Assembly: GCA_951406725.2 (NCBI GenBank)
Contig: OX597823.1
Location: forward strand, 88,164,001 to 88,228,000
From: Octopus vulgaris
Lineage: Eukaryota
Direction of reading: 5' to 3'
DNA length: 64,000 bases
The notes beneath the pieces were generated by a model. The model searched no databases. It was not told the DNA's origin and saw nothing but the letters and a program-made list of their open reading frames with translations. Each line of letters begins with the position of its first letter. Positions within the stretch are counted from its first letter, which is position 1. Made by a program: the position numbers and the translations under genes. Below are positions 1-14,011 of the stretch, one piece after another.

Positions 1-1023
1 CGGAGGTGTCGGAAGAAGAATCTATAAAATATATTTATGATTGCTATAACATCTTGGATTCTGTCTTATATAGAGTGTGTTCTGTTGAATCAATCTCTCA
101 GTAAATATCCCTGTGCTACTTATAAGATGCTGTGACACCACTCCAGAATAAAAATATTGAAAAGCTTTGAATTCCAATGAAAATGCATACACAATTTCTG
201 GATAGATACAGACATGCATTAATACATACCAACATATATACGTAGATCTGTCTGTCTCTGTGTGTGTATGTATGTATGTATGTATGTATGTATGTATGTA
301 TGTGTATATGAATGTTTATGTAAACAAAAACAAGACATCGTTGGCTTCAAAATTCCAAAGTGGACTCATAGTAAATTATACCGTTATCTCAAGAGGCATT
401 CTGAAGTTGGAAAGATAAAAGTTTTTATTAAGAAAAATCCATTTTTGTGTTAGCAAAAGTTTTCCAAAAGTAGTTATCATCTAATCGATCGGACACCAAA
501 TTGTCAATACTACATAATCACATCTTCTAAATAATTTGAAATGTGTGATAAGCAATCTTCGTTTTCTATTTCTCATTGTGTCATGTAATGTAGTGGGCAA
601 TTCGGAGTGTGAGGATCTACGAGGCAGATATCTATTGCAATAGATAGAAATATACTCTTAGATTTATCACAAATAATGATAGAATTATAATTTCATAGAA
701 AATTCTGATTTTCTATCTGGTTTGGAAGAATGATATCATTGTACATGGGACGATCATTACGCCAATAATATACACACGCACTGGCTCTCTTTCACAATTA
801 TTATTGTTGATCAAACATTCAACCATTTAATAAATTATCTAATTGTTTGATTAATACTTTCGTTCTCTCCACTTTATGTGTACTTCAGGGGATTATCGGC
901 TATTGCGTAAAAGTTAGCTAATAACAAAATTCCAAATCCCCAAGGGTTTAGCACTTTCAGTATTCTTATTAAAGTACACAGCGGGCTATTCTATTTACCG
1001 CATTGAAACAAAAACGAAATAAG

Positions 1024-1122
1024 TGCTGGCGTGGCTGTGTGGTAAGAGATTCGCTTTCTGACCACATAGTTCCGAATTTAGTCACATGACTAACACCTTG
1101 GACAAGTGTCTTCTACTATAGC
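1024..1122 (+). mobile_element. SINE family A, 5' fragment (tRNA-derived head)
   Basis: GTGGCTGTGTGGTAAG...CCTTGGACAAGTGTCTTCTACTATAGC matches the head of the full copy at 7647. Confidence 0.7.
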
Positions 1123-2111
1123 TGATACATAATCATTTCTATGATTGTGTGTGTTTTGTGTATGCATAACATCAGTGGAAACGGAGCAGTGAAAGTGGTT
1201 GTGTGATTGCATCTACGTAGATCGAAAAAGAAATTCCATTCTAGATTGAGTAAAGGATTTCCATGAAAATATATAAATAATTCCATAAACAAAGAAGTCT
1301 AAATATTTAATGAATATTAAATGGTTGCCAAATAGAAATAGGACACGATGACATAGGGCGATGACAATAGGGACGATGACATATTAAAATCCCAAGCTGT
1401 TTCGAGCTCGGATGCTTGGGAAAAGGGAGAATCCTTTATATTTTGAGTATAACGTAACTTATTTTCTTATTGGTGAAGTTTTATTGAATTTTATTATTTA
1501 TTGATGCAGACAGTCACTAGTTTTCTGGAGTTAAATAATGATTGTATTGAGTACAACTAAGTCTAGGAACATATAAAACAGATCTCAAGGAATTGAATTT
1601 CGCCAGAAAAAAAATTGATTAAAAACTAAGTGGATAATACAAGAGAGATTTCTTGAATTTATGTCTCCTGTATTGCAAGATGCCTTTGGTTATTATGGCG
1701 ATTTTTATTTTGTTTTTGTAATGGCTCATATTAGCGAAGCATTTTACCATTCACAGAGGATTCGGTATTGAAAGTAAAATGGAAAAACAAAAATCACTTT
1801 GTAAGCAACGAAGAAAACACACGAGAAAATTGGCTAAGTTAATCAAGTGTGTAAAAATCCAATCGGAAAATTTGTAATTTTTCTTTCATATCGTATGTAC
1901 TTTTTTCCTTTTTTAGTGAATTAACATTCTTTTGTGATGAATCACTTGGGGCTAAGCTTATTTCTTCGCATCAGACTTTAATCAAATTTTGAATTTGATG
2001 AGAGAGAAAAAAATGAAACGAACTTGTCTGGTATGTAATTTTTATTTTTAATTCAAGAGGTAATATATTTAAGAGTAACTTAATAATAATATTAACAGTT
2101 GTTAATAATAA

Positions 2112-2752
2112 TGGTTTCAATTTTGGTACGCTGCCAAGGAAAATAGTCGATTACCTCTACCCCAATAATTGAATGTTGCTACATTTAACGACCCAGAACG
2201 CTTCAACAGCAAAATTGCCCTCGGCTATATTTGAAATCAGAACGCAGGCAGTTAGAGGCAATGCTACCGAGGATGTTTACCGACGTGCTAACGATTCTGC
2301 CTACTACTACTAATAATAATGATTTCAAATTTTGGCACAGGCCAACAATTTCAGGTGTGGCAGTAAGCCTATTACATCGAACCCCAGTGTTCAAATATTA
2401 CTCTATTTTATCGTTCTACCAAGGACAAACAGCAAAGTCGACATCGTTGGTGTTTGAACTCTGAAATTAAAGGGACAGAAGTGGCGCAAAGGATTTTTTC
2501 CTACGCGATAACGATTCTGCCAGCTCGCTGTCTTAGTAATAATGGTTTTAAGTTGTAGCACAAGGCCAGCAAGCTTGATGGAGAGGGAAGGTCGATTAGA
2601 TCAACCCCAGTGCTCGACTGGTTCGTATTTTATTGACGCCGAAAGTATGAAATTCAAACTCAAGATCAGCGGGATTTCAACTCAGAACGTAAAGATGGAC
2701 GAAATGTCTCTAAGCATTTTGTCCGACATGCTAACGATTTTGCCAGATCATA
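2112..2752 (-). mobile_element. Three degenerate SINE family B copies (tail type 2), separated by short (TAA)n
   Basis: Repeated reverse-complement motifs CTAACGATTCTGCC(AGCTCG), AAAGTCGAC and ACCCCAGTG at about 2112-2302, 2321-2530 and 2543-2752. Confidence 0.75.
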
Positions 2753-2760
2753 GCCTTCAC

Positions 2761-2799
<39 letters not shown>

Positions 2800-2801
<2 letters not shown>

Positions 2802-3110
2802 CCCAGCTAACAACAAAGTATGCGATAAGGAAGAAAGAAAAAGTCGAGAGTTATGACAGGTTAGCTTGGGAAGTTAAGTAGCTGAAGTCGATGTAAAAAG
2901 GTAGCAGTAGTACCAATAATTGTCAGAGCCCTGGGAACAGTGAGCAAAAGTACATAGAAGAAATAGGGGAGCACTTGCAGAAAACAGTACTGCTTGGAAC
3001 CGCTCGAATACTCCGGAAGGTGCTCGAAAAATAAGAGGTGCTACCATAGTTCACTGGTAGTGAACAACTGACAATGTAGTACATCTCCAGCGATAGAAGC
3101 CGTGCAAAGG
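2800..3110 (+). mobile_element. R4/Dong-like RLE non-LTR retrotransposon, 3' fragment
   Basis: Translates to VAVVPIIVRALGTVSK...EHLQKTVLLGTARILRKVLEK*, the typical C-terminus of RLE-type LINE ORFs. Flanked by (TAA)n on the left and a degenerate (CAA/TAA)n on the right. Confidence 0.85.
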
Positions 3111-3589
3111 CAACAACAACTACAACAACGACGACGACAATAATAATAATGATAATAATAACAATTGCGGCAAAATCAGACATCGTTAAACAGAACTGAG
3201 TCGTAAAATCTCAACGAATTATTCCGAGCACATTGTTATATGAAAAACATTTATCACGTTTAGCACTTTTAGAAGTGTGTCATTTATTCCTTTCAAAATT
3301 AGAACAACCAGAAGGATAAATACACATGTCTATATTGGTATTGACGGATTTCCTCTGCAGTTTCAAGAAATTAGATGTATTCGTGTGCGTAAACAAGGTA
3401 CAGGTTATACACACATTCATCGGTTGTAAAATTATTAGATACATATTCGAGAGAAAGAAAAAGAATAACGCTTCATTAATTTTTTTCACCATGATAACGC
3501 TTCGTTTATTTTTTTCGCCATGAGCAGAGAAGATTACAAGAATGTATGTCTGTTTATGTGTGTACGCGTGCTTGTGTGTGTGTACATAC

Positions 3590-3646
3590 AAATGCATACA
3601 TACACTGACACTTACATATACATAGACGTATATAGGTGTATATATG

Positions 3647-3705
<59 letters not shown>

Positions 3706-3830
3706 ATATGTACATATATATTTACGGTTGTACGCACAAACACACACATATATGCCACACATACGTACTTATATATGTGTATGTATGTGTGCGCGCGCGT
3801 GTGTGTGTGTGTGTTTGTGTCTGTGTATAT
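3590..3830. repeat. Compound (TA)/(CA)/(TATG) microsatellite
   Basis: Direct inspection. Confidence 0.9.
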
Positions 3831-4000
3831 ACGGGAGTAAGTAAAAAATTATACGAACACTTATTTCTGTAATTTATCAAAACAAAAGCAAATGTTGAAC
3901 AATTCATTATTTTACGAAAACAACTCCTTGCTTTTTGACACACATCTAGCTGTCCACTAGCTTACTTACTGCTTTGGGTAAAATACTTTCAGGAAGGTTG
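3830..4000 (-). mobile_element. Possible degenerate mariner 3' end
   Basis: Begins TA-CGGGAGTAAG like a mariner TIR. The minus strand reads KLVDS*MCVKKQGVVFVK*, resembling the mariner C-terminus KLV.RW.KCV...G.YVEK*. Confidence 0.35.
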
Positions 4001-5334
4001 TACAAACATTTATGCACCGCTTCTAGCACTTCGTCAAGATAAGGTATTCTCTGCAGATTTTTTATAGAAATAGAAATTATAGCCAGCACTCATTTGTTAC
4101 GAGCTTTCATTTCCGAAAACGTCTAACGTAAACAACAATGCGTTCGAAGATGGAAAAAAAGTCGAGGACGTATTGACATATTTTAGGAATTCTTGTTCCC
4201 TCATCAGCACTACATCCAATCAATTAACCATTCACAAAGACATTGCTTGTTATAACATTATCGGATACACCAATTTTACATATCAAACATGTTCCTGGCA
4301 GCTTAGCTTGTATGTACATATAAATGACCTGTAGAGACACCGCATTTCGTTATGCAACTCCAATATACTACAAGATTTATTAAACGCTTCATAAGCCAAT
4401 ACTGTGTTCTACTGTGTTAGCAGTGCTATTGAATCACATGTTAAGGCTATCTCTAGAGATATTATGTAAAATTTATAGCCAGCATTGATCTTTTAAGACG
4501 TCTAATGGAAGCAACAATGTCATTGAAGATGTAATTAATACATGCCAAGCTGCTAGGGATGTGTTTAATATGTAAAATTGGTTTATTCAACAATGTTACA
4601 CCGCTATATTTAGTGTTTGGTTAAGCAATGTCTCTGTGGATGTTTAATAAGCTGGATGTGATACTGAAGAAGGAAGAACTCCTGAAATATGTATATACAC
4701 CAATTATTTATTTTTCCATTTTCGATTCTTGTATATTCTTGTACAATGACGATGTACAATTATGGTTGGGAGGACATACTTTACATCAATCACCAACTGA
4801 TAGAAACAAAATATCAGGACTTGCTCAACGATATACTTGTCAAGAGATGGCACATGGCTTCATTAATTATTGAAGTCACTTCCTGCAGCCTCCCAGTTTT
4901 TCTCCACAGGAGAGTGGCACAGAGCAAGAAAACTGAACAAAAAAGTTACTTACAAGTTAAGCTGCTGGCATTGAGAGGCCGAAGATGAAAGCCTTCTGCA
5001 GGCATAGAGTAATTCAGGTAAAGGTTCAAAGGCTTTGACCCAGAGGTACCTGCTGATGATAACGAAGGTTTTCCGATATTGCGTTGGATTCAGTAGAGCT
5101 TACTATATATTTGAGTTGCACCAAAGATTTCTACGTAGGATAAAGGGTCTCTGAAGTATATTTTACCAAAACCATGATATGAGCTGGACATCACCTCCCA
5201 GAGAACGACATCTTTTCCTTAAAAGATGCCGCCAGTGATGCATATTATAACACCTGTGAGAAACAGCCCATAAAATTCGCCCATGTGTGGCAATACATAT
5301 AATAAAAAAAAATAAATATATGGCTATGCTATAT

Positions 5335-5584
5335 TTATGTGTGTTTGTTTATGTGTGTACATATATGTGTGTGTATGTATTGCAATTGAGTTTGACCGCA
5401 ATAAATGTGTATGTGCGTGCATATGCAATCGTGTATGACCACATTAAATGAGTATGTATATATATATACACACATACATATATATATATATACAACTAAT
5501 ATATATGTATATATATATATACATATATATATATGTATATGCATACATGTATGTGTGTATATATATATATATATATGCATATAT

Positions 5585-5616
<32 letters not shown>

Positions 5617-5640
5617 TATATAAATATATATGCATACATG

Positions 5641-5676
<36 letters not shown>

Positions 5677-5692
5677 TATATGCATACATGTA

Positions 5693-5736
<44 letters not shown>

Positions 5737-5788
5737 TATATGCATACATGTATGTGTGTGTTATATATATAAATATATATGCATACAT

Positions 5789-5833
<45 letters not shown>

Positions 5834-5840
5834 TATATAA
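5335..5840. repeat. Compound (TA)n microsatellite with higher-order unit AAATATATATGCATACATGTATG-(TG/TA)n
   Basis: The unit recurs at about 5622, 5672 and 5732, and again near 5771. Confidence 0.9.
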
Positions 5841-6279
5841 ATGTACTTTGCCGCAATTAAGTAGTATATATAAGTATATATAAGTATATAAAGTAAGTAT
5901 CTGTAAATAATTTATGGGATGAGTTCAATTTAAGAGTAAATTCAATTTCAATTCGATAGAAAGAAAAAACGAGAAAGTAGAATGATATTTTACTTTTCAT
6001 ATTAATATAAATAAATAAATAAACATAAATAAGAAATGAATAAAACAAAAATGAAAACGTTAAAGAGGCCAGAACGAATTTAAATTTTACGTCATTGAAG
6101 AAAATTACTGAAATAAAAAAAGAGAAAATTATAGCCATTAAGTCTTATTCCTGCAATAAGGATAATATTATTTATCAAACTGAAATGTAGAGAACCTACT
6201 TCTAACGGAAATCTAGATTACCAACTAACCTAGATACCTTTCCGCATATGGCTGTTTGTATCAAGATAGTGCTTGTACG

Positions 6280-6610
6280 TACATGCATACGTGCACACAC
6301 ACATACATACATGCGTACATACACAGATGCATACATATACACATACATACATACAGATATACATACATATGTGTATGTATATATATATGTATATATATGT
6401 ACATATATATATATAGACATATATACATAGACACAAAAACACACACCCATCCTTATACATGGACACCACAAACACAAACACAGATATATGTATGTATATG
6501 TATGTATTTATGTATGTATGTATATATATATATGTATGTATATATGTATATATATGTATATATATATACACACACACACACACGTAAGTAATCGTGTAGA
6601 CACTCATGCT

Positions 6611-6660
<50 letters not shown>

Positions 6661-6687
6661 AATATATATACATGTATATATATATAA

Positions 6688-6718
<31 letters not shown>

Positions 6719-6860
6719 CACGCACACACATATGTGTGTTTGTGTGAGTGCGACTCTGTGTGTGTGTGTGTGTGTGCGTGCGTGTGTGTGTGTTTGTACG
6801 TGTGTGTGTTTGTGTGTGTGTGTGTGTGCGTGTGTACGTGGGTGTTCATGTGTGTGTAAG
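6280..6860. repeat. Compound (CA)/(TA)/(TG) microsatellite
   Basis: Direct inspection. Confidence 0.9.
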
Positions 6861-7229
6861 GTCTTTGATAGCAAAATCTCTTATATACATGCAGCTATCA
6901 GAAATGATAAGTTTACGCATGGAAAGAGATAAGTTTCTTCATAAGCCGTCAGGTTTTATTTGATGTATAAAATCAAGTTGGTTGAATAGGAATTAATGTG
7001 GATTATCAAAAATGGTAAAAACAGAAATGGAAAAGTAGACGAACCACAACGAATCACAGACTTACGAACGATGAAAGAATACTCATACATACATAAATAT
7101 TTCCATATGTGTGTGTCTTCATGTATGCACGTAAACGCAAAATTTATGTGTCCAGATGTATATATATGGAGGTATATATCTCTCTCACTCTCTCTCTATC
7201 TATCTATCTATCTATCTACCTATCCATGT

Positions 7230-7260
<31 letters not shown>

Positions 7261-7309
7261 CATCCATACATACATACATGTGTGTGCCTGTGTGTGTACA
7301 GACGCATAC

Positions 7310-7357
<48 letters not shown>

Positions 7358-7646
7358 AGGAATTTTTATCTATCAATGCGCAACTTATGTCTGCTGTCTA
7401 CAATAATAGTCAATAATAGAAATGAATTGTACCGAGGCGTATCACACAGTCTGTCCAGTAAACTGCTTACATTTTGAGAAAAGAAAATCGCTTACTCATG
7501 TTGTTTTGAAAGATATTTGAATGACCACTCCCATTGTTTATCTAAATTATAGGGATTTGCACTTGGGCAGTTCAGTTTGTTATTCAGAGTTATCAACCAG
7601 AAGAAGCACCACCAGTTTGGGTGTGATACATAAAAAACATATACAT

Positions 7647-8035
7647 GCGCAGGAGTGGCTGTGTGGTAAGTAGATTGCTAACCAACCACATGGTTCCGGG
7701 TTCAGTCCCACTGCGTGGTAACTTGGGCAAGTGTCTTCTGCTACAGCCCCGGGCCGACCAATGCCTTGTGAGTGGATTTGGTAGACGGAAACTGAAAGAA
7801 GCCTGTCGTATATATGTGTGTGCTTGTGTGTCTGTGTTTGTCCCCCTAGCATTGCTTGACAACCGATGCTGGTGTGTTTACGTCCCCGTCACTTAGCGGT
7901 TCAGCAAAAAAGAGACCGATAGAATAAGTACTGTGCTTACAAAAAATAAGTCCCGGGGTCGATTTGCTCGACTAACGGCGGTGCTCCAGCATGGCCGCAG
8001 TCAAATGACTGAAACAAGTAAAAGAGTAAAAGAGT
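7647..8035 (+). mobile_element. SINE family A, full length
   Basis: tRNA-like head (TGGCTGTGTGGTAAG A-box-like, GGTTCAGTCCC B-box-like), internal (TG)n, and 3' tail GGCGGTGCTCCAGCATGGCCGCAGTCAAATGACTGAAACAAGTAAAAGAGTAAAAGAG. More than 8 related copies occur in the window. Confidence 0.9.
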
Positions 8036-8197
8036 ATGCATACACACACATATACATACACACACACACAGGCACACGCACATAGAGTTCTATGTCAAAA
8101 CCCAACATCTTCCAAGCTATCCGACAGAGCCAGCAAACAAGAAGAATGCTCGGCTGGTTTATGTGTATTTACGTTCGTGTGTGATCCTCTACTTGCA

Positions 8198-8200
<3 letters not shown>

Positions 8201-8292
<92 letters not shown>

Positions 8293-8336
8293 GCGTGAGT
8301 GTGTGTGTTAGCGTGAGTGTGTGTGTGTGTGTGTGT
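8201..8336. repeat. (TA)n(TG)n microsatellite
   Basis: Direct inspection. Confidence 0.95.
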
Positions 8337-9799
8337 ATTCGCTATTATATATATGGAAATTCATCATTTTCCTAGTAATTTGTTCCTAATTTAATATAGT
8401 AGAAAGAGATTTAAAATAAATTTGTCTGCTCCCTGTTGTAGGTTTACCTTTCACTCAGAAGTTGTCCCCATCATCTCAAAATAAACATTGATGTTGTTGT
8501 TTAATCTCTAACCTGTTCTATAGCCAAACTATAATAAAAGGCGTTCCAAACGTGACAATCGCCAGATTCTTATGAAATCTATTGTTACATACTGATGCTT
8601 ATACTGAATATTCATTTCAGGATGTGATATGTAAGAGCCTTTTTTCTTATTTTCAGAAAACATTTGCGGATGTTACTAAATCCTGAGATGTGAGATGATA
8701 AAATGCTATCTGATGCGAGTCATACGTGTTATCTGGATGATTCTGGTCGAACACAAACTCAATAACATACACACATACACAAATGGGAATGCATAATTTC
8801 ATTATTTAGTTTAGGTAGCACAGAAATATCTCATTTAAAATCCATCTGCGGAATGGCCATATTATTATTTTATCTAACAAAACTCATAACTAGTCCAGCC
8901 TTTCAATCGTGATGGTTAAATATTTTCTACTCAATATGTCTTCTTTGGCTCCTGTTGGAAGGTTATAATCGACACAGGTTCGTGCGTCATATTGCTAGCT
9001 AGAGGCGATGGCTTCTTGGAGCTAATCAACAGCAGCTTTCGTCCTATATTTATGGACTGCCATATTAGCTTGGCGATAACTATTAATATTTTATTACACG
9101 TAAACGTTAAGCAACAAAATCTTATATTGACCACCCCACCTAGGGCCATGGGAGATCCGATTGAAAATCACGTGGTTAAACAGTAACATAGGAAGCAGAC
9201 AAAATGCTGACTATTCTTTTGCTATTTATTGTGGCCATTGTAGTTGTAAATGCTAACCGCAAGTAATTGTGCGTTAAGGAAATTATAAGTTCCCATGACA
9301 CATATAATTTTCTTTAAGTCATATATGCTGGACAACTCAAGGCGTGTTGTAGTATATCTCTGCTTTCCTTAGAGACATCCCGCAACGTGCCTTGCCTCAC
9401 TGTTCTTGTCAAAGTAGCAGCGACTGAATCAATAAATACATGTAGGAGAGTGTATATTCTGTGGTGTAGAAAAGTGTAAATTTGGAGAAAAAAAATTGAA
9501 CGACATTCTTATAGAAGAGAGTTACTATATTTAATGGCACCAAAAACGCACATATTAGACACGCCCCAACTTCAGCAAACCATATCAGGAAAAATAAGCA
9601 CAGTAAAGCTTATAGGAGGCCTAGCTTCGCATGTAGGACTATGGTTGAATATTTGAGATATTCTTTTTGTTATATGCCATCTTATACGATATTAAGATAG
9701 TGTTAACAAGGTTAACAAAAGAACGGTAAACCATTTAGTGATTTCAATAAATTATCGAACTTGTCAAATATTCTTCCTCGTTTCTCATAACTGTAAGAA

Positions 9800-10171
9800 A
9801 GTGATACCTCGCAGTACAAGTTTAATTCGTTCCATATCCGAGCTCGTCTTACAATTTTACTCTTTTTACAAATTAATTTTCCTCATTGAATTATCTAAAA
9901 CATAGATTAATCCGTTCCAGCCCACCAAAACCACTCAAAAGTAATTTTGATGGGTTTTAAAACAGAAGAGGTGTAGTTACAAGTAAAATGACAATTATAA
10001 ATCGAGAATGCAAAAGAAATATATAAGCTGCTTTTATTAACTGAATTACCTTAAATATGGGACGATTTATGTGCTCGAACTGCGGATTTTTGTCCCTACT
10101 TCAAAACAAAAATTGGCGCGTACAGCAAATTACTCGTAAATGGTTCAATCGTACTGCGAGGTTCTACTGTA
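9800..10171 (+). mobile_element. Tigger/pogo-like MITE, copy 1
   Basis: Imperfect TIRs GTGATACCTCGCAGTAC ... GTACTGCGAGGTTCTACTG followed by TA. The internal TTAATCCGTTCCAGCCC..AAAACCACTCAAAA is shared, inverted, with 20917-21209. Confidence 0.7.
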
Positions 10172-10589
10172 TTTGGTTCTAGCAGAGAAGAATGTTTGAA
10201 ATTCAGAAAATAATATTTTGCAAATAATTACTTCTAGAACTTCCCGTCATACAATATCTGTCGTACAATGATTAGAGAGAGATACTGAAAGGACTTTCGA
10301 ATGATGTCGAATATTGTAACATAACACTTTATACATGGTTTTATTCCTTAGACCGTTTTTAGAGTCAATGAAAATATCAACAGTAAGAATGCAGGTAGGT
10401 GCATATTTCAAGACACGGCTAAGATTCTAAATCACGTTAATGTGTTACGGTGAACACCGGAGTTCGCAGAGAAAAGGTATAGAAAGATGAAATATAGAAA
10501 TTTAGATTGACACTTGGAATTTAAAGAAAGCTAAAATTAAAAATTGACAATAATGACTATGTTGCAGATAATGATTAAGTTAGAGAGGG

Positions 10590-11090
10590 TGATGAAGATG
10601 AAGATGCCACTACCAGATTATCAGAATCAAGAGGATGAAAAAACGAGATTTGATAATTAACATGACAGTGATAAAAAAGAATAACTCTGCTGATCATGGT
10701 TACAAAGATGATGACGAGGGAAACAATGACGATGACACCGACGGCAATGATGGTGATGATGATGATGATAATGATGATGATGATGATGATGACGATGATG
10801 ATGATGGGTATGATGATGATGGTGGAGGTTGATGATGATGATGGGTATGATGATGATGGTGGAGGTTGATGATGATGATGGGTATGATGATGATGGTGGA
10901 GGTTGATGATGAAAGGGGCTGATGATGGTAGGGGCTGATGATGGTGAGGGACGGTGGTGGTGGTGGTGGTGATGGTGGTGGTGATGGTGGTGGTTGTGAC
11001 GTTGATAACGGTGATAGTGTTGTTGATAACGGTGATGATGATAATGAGGAGAAGGAGGAGGAGAAGAGGAGGCCAGTGTGGAGGATGATA
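10590..11090. repeat. (GAT)/(GGT) trinucleotide repeat containing a 37-bp unit x3
   Basis: The GGTGGAGGTT unit ends at 10830, 10867 and 10904. Confidence 0.9.
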
Positions 11091-12214
11091 AAGATGTCAA
11101 TGGCGACAAACATAATACTTTATATTTTTGAAAGCATATATATACCGGAAATATATATGTAAAAATTAAAACATATTCTGTATAGATATCCCACAAGTGA
11201 ATCGAAGGATTTAATTTTCTAAGGATTTCAACTTTATGCAAAGTTTTACAAAACCAAAGAAGGAAGAAACATTTCTACTTATAAATGATATTGAGTTGCA
11301 TGTGGTACCATGTGGTAAAAACTAAATGTCTTTCACTAAGTGTCTGAATGTTACTTTAGTGAAAAACAAACATTTCACGATGGTGCCTATGCCAAGGGGA
11401 TAAAGAAAACAACCGTTGTTCCATACAGATCGCTGCATTCAAGATGGTGGATGGAAAATAAACGATGAATGAGGAAAAAAAGCAAAAGAAAACAGCCTTA
11501 TTCTGAAGATGTTGCCACGTTTTACACGCTTCAAAAATTTTCTTAAATAAAACTAATCTTTCACATTTTCTGCTGGATTGCTCCGAGCCGACATGTATTA
11601 CGACAATTTTTTTTTTCGAATTCCTTGTCACCTATAATGACATGTCTAAATGTGATTGGAAGAACTGTTTCTTTCGAGAAAAAGCTGCTTTTCAAAGTTG
11701 TTACATTCAAATATCTTGTCTGTATGTAATCAACACAAGATGATACATGTACTTATGCCACCCAGCAACAAAACCCTAAAAAATCCTATACTAATTCGTA
11801 TCTGAAAATACAATTTGTTTTGTGTAAATAAAACGGCAGAAAAATAAATGTATTAGAGTACATATAATCAGGTAACTCTGAACTGTATTTTGTTTATATT
11901 TTTTTGAAACAGGAGAAGATAAACGTACCTTTAACGTAAACTAGAATGTTTGAACATGATAAGGTAAAAACGAAGCTAAATGTTGTATGTCGAGGTAGAA
12001 TACAATCAAGAAAAGCATTCACTTAATATAAGGAAAGAAAATACAGCAAAAATAATACCGAATAGGAAAGTCAATGTTTAACGTAAATATATTTATTCTA
12101 AACATTTAGGTATTGGCAACATCCGCACATTAGAAAAAAACCTGTTGTACATGTGTGTGAAGAAAAAGATGCCGATTGATGATACAGGCGGAAAAAAGAA
12201 ACCATGATAATAAA

Positions 12215-12277
<63 letters not shown>

Positions 12278-12490
12278 CCAAGTAGTTATAGGTGTATTGG
12301 GAACTATTCCTAAACATCTGAACAGATGGATATAAGAACTAGTCATAAAACCAGTTTAGTACAGCTGCAGAAAACAGTGGTATTAGGGACAGCTAGGGTA
12401 CTTAAAAGGGTTCTTGGCGCCTAAGGCTACTTGTCATAGTCTGATGTTAGGATTCTTTCCTTTTCCAATAGTCTAATAAGTTGAGTGTAT
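12278..12490 (+). mobile_element. R4/Dong-like RLE LINE, 3' fragment (second subfamily)
   Basis: VVIGVLGTIPKHLNRWI*...VQLQKTVVLGTARVLKRVLGA*, with pure (TAA)n on both sides (about 12218-12277 and 12493-12540). Confidence 0.85.
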
Positions 12491-12491
12491 G

Positions 12492-12542
<51 letters not shown>

Positions 12543-12839
12543 GTACAAGAATAGTAGAAACAGAATTTGAAACAAGGGAAACACGGAAGATGGCGATGAA
12601 CAGAAAGCTGTTAATGCACCGAAGAGACAAGAATTTTACATGAGATGATGAGGAGATGAGGAGGTGGAGGAGGAGAAGAAGATGAAAAACATGATGATCA
12701 TGGTGATAACAGAAAATGGAAACAAGACGAAGACAGGGAAGTGCAAGAATGGACATGGTGGGAATAATACGAAATAAGTAGAAACGGGTCAAGGATAGAT
12801 TAAAGAGACAAACTGGGAAATACTTGAAATAGAAAAGGT

Positions 12840-12920
12840 GGTAGTGTTAGTAGTAGTAGTAGTAGTGGTGGTGGTGGTGGTGGTGGTGGTGGATGCAGCA
12901 GCACGAGTAGTAGTAGTAGC

Positions 12921-12968
<48 letters not shown>

Positions 12969-13004
12969 GGTGGTGATGGTGGTGGTACTGGTGGTGGTAG
13001 TAGC

Positions 13005-13050
<46 letters not shown>
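12840..13050. repeat. (TAG)n/(TGG)n microsatellite
   Basis: Direct inspection. Confidence 0.95.
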
Positions 13051-13199
13051 ATTGAATTGGGAGGAGGAGGAATAATGATAGGGCGAAGGAAAGGGAAATA
13101 AGCAAGAAAGGATGAACATGGAGATGAGTGAGACGAAGAGAAAAACAAAAAATTAAAGGGAAGCAATGCACATGCGCAAAAAAAAGGAATAGTCAGCAA

Positions 13200-13712
13200 T
13201 GTCTGTTCAAAGTTTTAGGTTCAATTAGGCTTCCACGACACATCAGAGACCCTCTCCACTCTATTGACATTATCTAGAGACAAGGACAAGCCGAGGCAAG
13301 ATATCTGGTGCTAATATGATTTGCAGACTCAGGGACCTGGAAGCACCATGATCTCAAGCATAACTAAAAGATCCTCAAAATGTGCAATGCCATCCCCTGC
13401 ATATCTGGTCTTATATCAGAATAGCCTTTTCCTAAGGACATGCTTCAAGAAGAGCTAAAGGATGCCTGACGCCCAGTGGTCTTCTAGTACACCGGACACC
13501 ATCCCGGGATTTTGCGTGCCTGTACTATTGCTAGGATGTCGTTGAACCTGCACTAGGGTCTTCCAGCCGTTTAACAGGTCTTGTTTTCAGGCCTGCTGAG
13601 TTTCTAGCCTAGTGAGGGGGCCGGATTAGACGCCAACAACATAACCATGCAACAGGTTATACTGGGTTCCATGTTACCAGTAGCACTCATGTGAGCCTCA
13701 CAAGTGACCTGA
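13200..13712. repeat. GC-richer non-coding segment abutting (ACAT)n; probable transposon end, unclassified
   Basis: Abrupt compositional shift, several short stems, and a sharp boundary with (CATA)n at 13713. No ORF. Confidence 0.35.
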
Positions 13713-13962
13713 CATACATACATACATTATTTAATTTGCTTTGCGGGAAGGACTGTTTCAATGAAGTTGCGTCTTGTCCTTACCTTCTGAATGCGGAGTA
13801 GATGAAACAGGGACAACAGAAGAAGGGGAATATTCCTTGTGTTGTATGTCTTGTGCGCTGTTTTTTCGTTGTTGGTAAAAAAGTTCGTTTCCATGTTTTT
13901 GTTTTTATGTTTTCGTTTCTCATTGTATTCAAAGTTTTTTGATGTCATGTACTCATATATGC

Positions 13963-14011
<49 letters not shown>

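Noticed and set aside
7647-7720. tRNA-like A/B boxes
   Set aside because: These are SINE heads that continue into the repeat body; no cloverleaf or acceptor stem.
10635-13199. Poly-His/Asp/Thr/Val ORFs
   Set aside because: Trinucleotide microsatellites, open in several frames and on both strands, with no splice or homology support.
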